This document shows, piece after piece, positions 62,094 through 64,000 of a DNA stretch of 64,000 nucleotides. A program made the position numbers and the translations under genes. Under the pieces are notes generated by a model that made no database searches, had not been told where the DNA came from, and worked only from the letters and a program-made list of their open reading frames with translations. The stretch comes from Ophelia neglecta (Eukaryota), in NCBI GenBank assembly GCA_965285935.1, contig OZ260664.1:89404001-89468000 (forward strand), written 5' to 3'. Within the stretch, counting starts at the first letter, position 1. Each line of letters opens with the position of its first letter.

Positions 62094-64000
62094 TTAAGTA
62101 AATACATTGGCAATAATAGCATTCCTAGCGTTGACACCAGCAGCTGCATCAGCCTGATGCGGTGCAGCTGGTTGGTGCTGGGGGATGACAGGTGGTGGGG
62201 GTGCAAGATAAACCTCATCCAGCTCATCTTGGTGGGTTCTGGCAATGTTGTGTAACATTACGCATGTTTTGACTACTCTGCACACTTTGCTTGGTTGGAG
62301 TCTAGCTTTCCCACCTAGTATAGCAAAGCGCCTTTTCAAAATGCCAATTGTCTGCTCAATGAGCACTCTTGTTCTCACCAAACAGCTGTTGTAGGCCTTC
62401 TGAGGCTGTGTCACAGGGTTTCGGAGGGGGGTCATCAGATAAGGATGGAGCTTATAACCAGAGTCCCCCAAAAGGAGACCTTGATGTAAACCTGTAATTT
62501 AATTGTACAAGATTTAAAATGTACTCATTTAGTAAATTCAGTCTTAAATGAAGCATATTAAATATTTATCATAAATGTTAGGCAATGGCCAGGTACTAGC
62601 AAAATATTGCGAATCTACATGTACATTAATTAGAAATTTTAATATATGTATATTTGTAAAGTTTGGTTAAATATTTAATTACCTTGTGCAAACTCCCTGT
62701 TTATTGCTGATTGCTGAAACACAATGCTATCATGCACCGAACCAGGATTGGCAGCCTTGAATGATGTAATTTTGTAGTCTGCATCACAAATGATCTAGAA
62801 GAGCAAAGACCTAAGTACTTAGAAGGTGTCAAGTTTTCATTTAAAATGATACCAGACTGAAGAAGTTCTCCTTTATTTATTAAAAATCAATTATCATGTG
62901 TTATTTTTGTGTATGAAAATACTTTCCTTATTAAGTCAAAATCTAATTTTCTGTTTATTCATGAGTGATGAGGGCATTCATTGAAAGCATAAGGGTCGAA
63001 ATATTGTAGCCTGTATATAAAAATATTATACCTGCACATTTATGCTATGGTAATGATGTCTGCAGACATACTGCTCCTCTCTGATATGTGGAGCCTGCAT
63101 TGGCACCTGAGTACCGTCCACAATACCCAGAATCCCCGGAAATCCTAAAAAAGAATTTTTTTATTGTACTTGATTATTAAAAACACAAAAGTAATGGACA
63201 GCAAATATAAAGTTTTATTTCAAAACTGAAGTCAATTTTTTGACAGTCATGATGTGTAAGAAAACTATTTCAAAAGTAAATTATTTACCAGCCAACAAAA
63301 TGTATTGTAAAAATTCAGCTTTTGGACATTTATTTTTTTGGCAGTGAAGGAAAATATTAACTACTATCTATCCATTTTTTAATATCGGTCCTCAGTAGTA
63401 TACTATGGACATCGTAGGTCATGGGTCATTTTGGTCCCAATCAAAGTAGCCCCGATAATGGCTGCCGATAGCCGCTGTAGCCTGATCAAGGCCAGCTAAT
63501 ATTCTGTCCCGTTATGCATATTCTCATTAATCAATCAGTTCGTTAATATGTAACCTTGATCGAGGAAATGTGTCTTTTTTTGTACAAGGGATCAGATAGG
63601 ATTACCGTCAATGTCGGAGGCTGCAAGATAATACGATAGAGACTAAAATGCTTGGCCCTAAGTCTCATAAAGGTTAAGGTCATGCAGTGATATCCGGTAC
63701 GAGCAGACAAGTGTTTTACAGCTTAATGTGGTGTAAAGCATAAAGGTAGACTATATATTGTTTTTATTCAATTTAAAGGTGGTTTATACATACCAGCCAC
63801 CGCCATGAAATCGGTCTTCACACGCTGTGCTGCCTGTCCGGTGGGGAAGACAACGAAATTCCCAACAAAGGGGGCCATGGCATCAACAAATTCCCACAAC
63901 GCCCGGGATACTGTGCCTTTGTTGATCCCAAAAAAAACTTGTCGGCCTACAAGGCTCATGAAACCGCCGGTGGCTAGGTAAGACAGGCCAATGCACACGG
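62094..64000 (-). CDS. Harbinger/HARBI1-like DDE transposase (5'-truncated by window)
   Basis: Exons 64000-63794, 63144-63032, 62794-62683, 62491-62094. They encode YLATG, GFPGILGIVDGTQ, HSINVQIICD, PGSVHD, LLGDSGY, LMTP and TRVLIEQTIGILKRRF. Confidence 0.9.

Larger units (their letters stand above)
57535..64000. mobile_element. PIF/Harbinger DNA transposon (other end beyond window)
   Basis: Terminus (G)GGCCGGGTTGTTAATAAA after CTG. Subterminal TTAGACTT/AAGTCTAA repeats at 57555-57720. Convergent Myb/SANT and DDE genes. Confidence 0.88.

Overview
Eukaryotic, intron-containing, AT-rich animal genomic DNA (marine-invertebrate-like; species not determinable from sequence alone). From left to right: (1) the 3' part of an intronless ankyrin-repeat gene with a SOCS-box-like tail; (2) an assembly gap, minisatellites and a 2.6-kb low-complexity terminal exon on the minus strand that carries lesions; (3) a ~16-kb modular repeat field (9.2-24.9 kb) containing a ~1.2-kb tandem unit and nested small DNA transposons, one with a broken THAP ORF; (4) the main find, a manually spliced 7-exon gene (26059-39762, +, ~2215 aa) encoding TTF zinc finger + GREB1-like circularly permuted SF2 helicase + TET/JBP-associated-type glycosyltransferase (both in one 5-kb exon) + OTU deubiquitinase + PHD finger; (5) a nested transposon stack: hairpin-repeat element > Gypsy LTR retrotransposon > CR1/L2-group LINE > intact RTEX-like LINE, with a two-gene PIF/Harbinger transposon cutting the Gypsy integrase and running off the window end. 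All family assignments come from motif recognition by eye, not from database searches.
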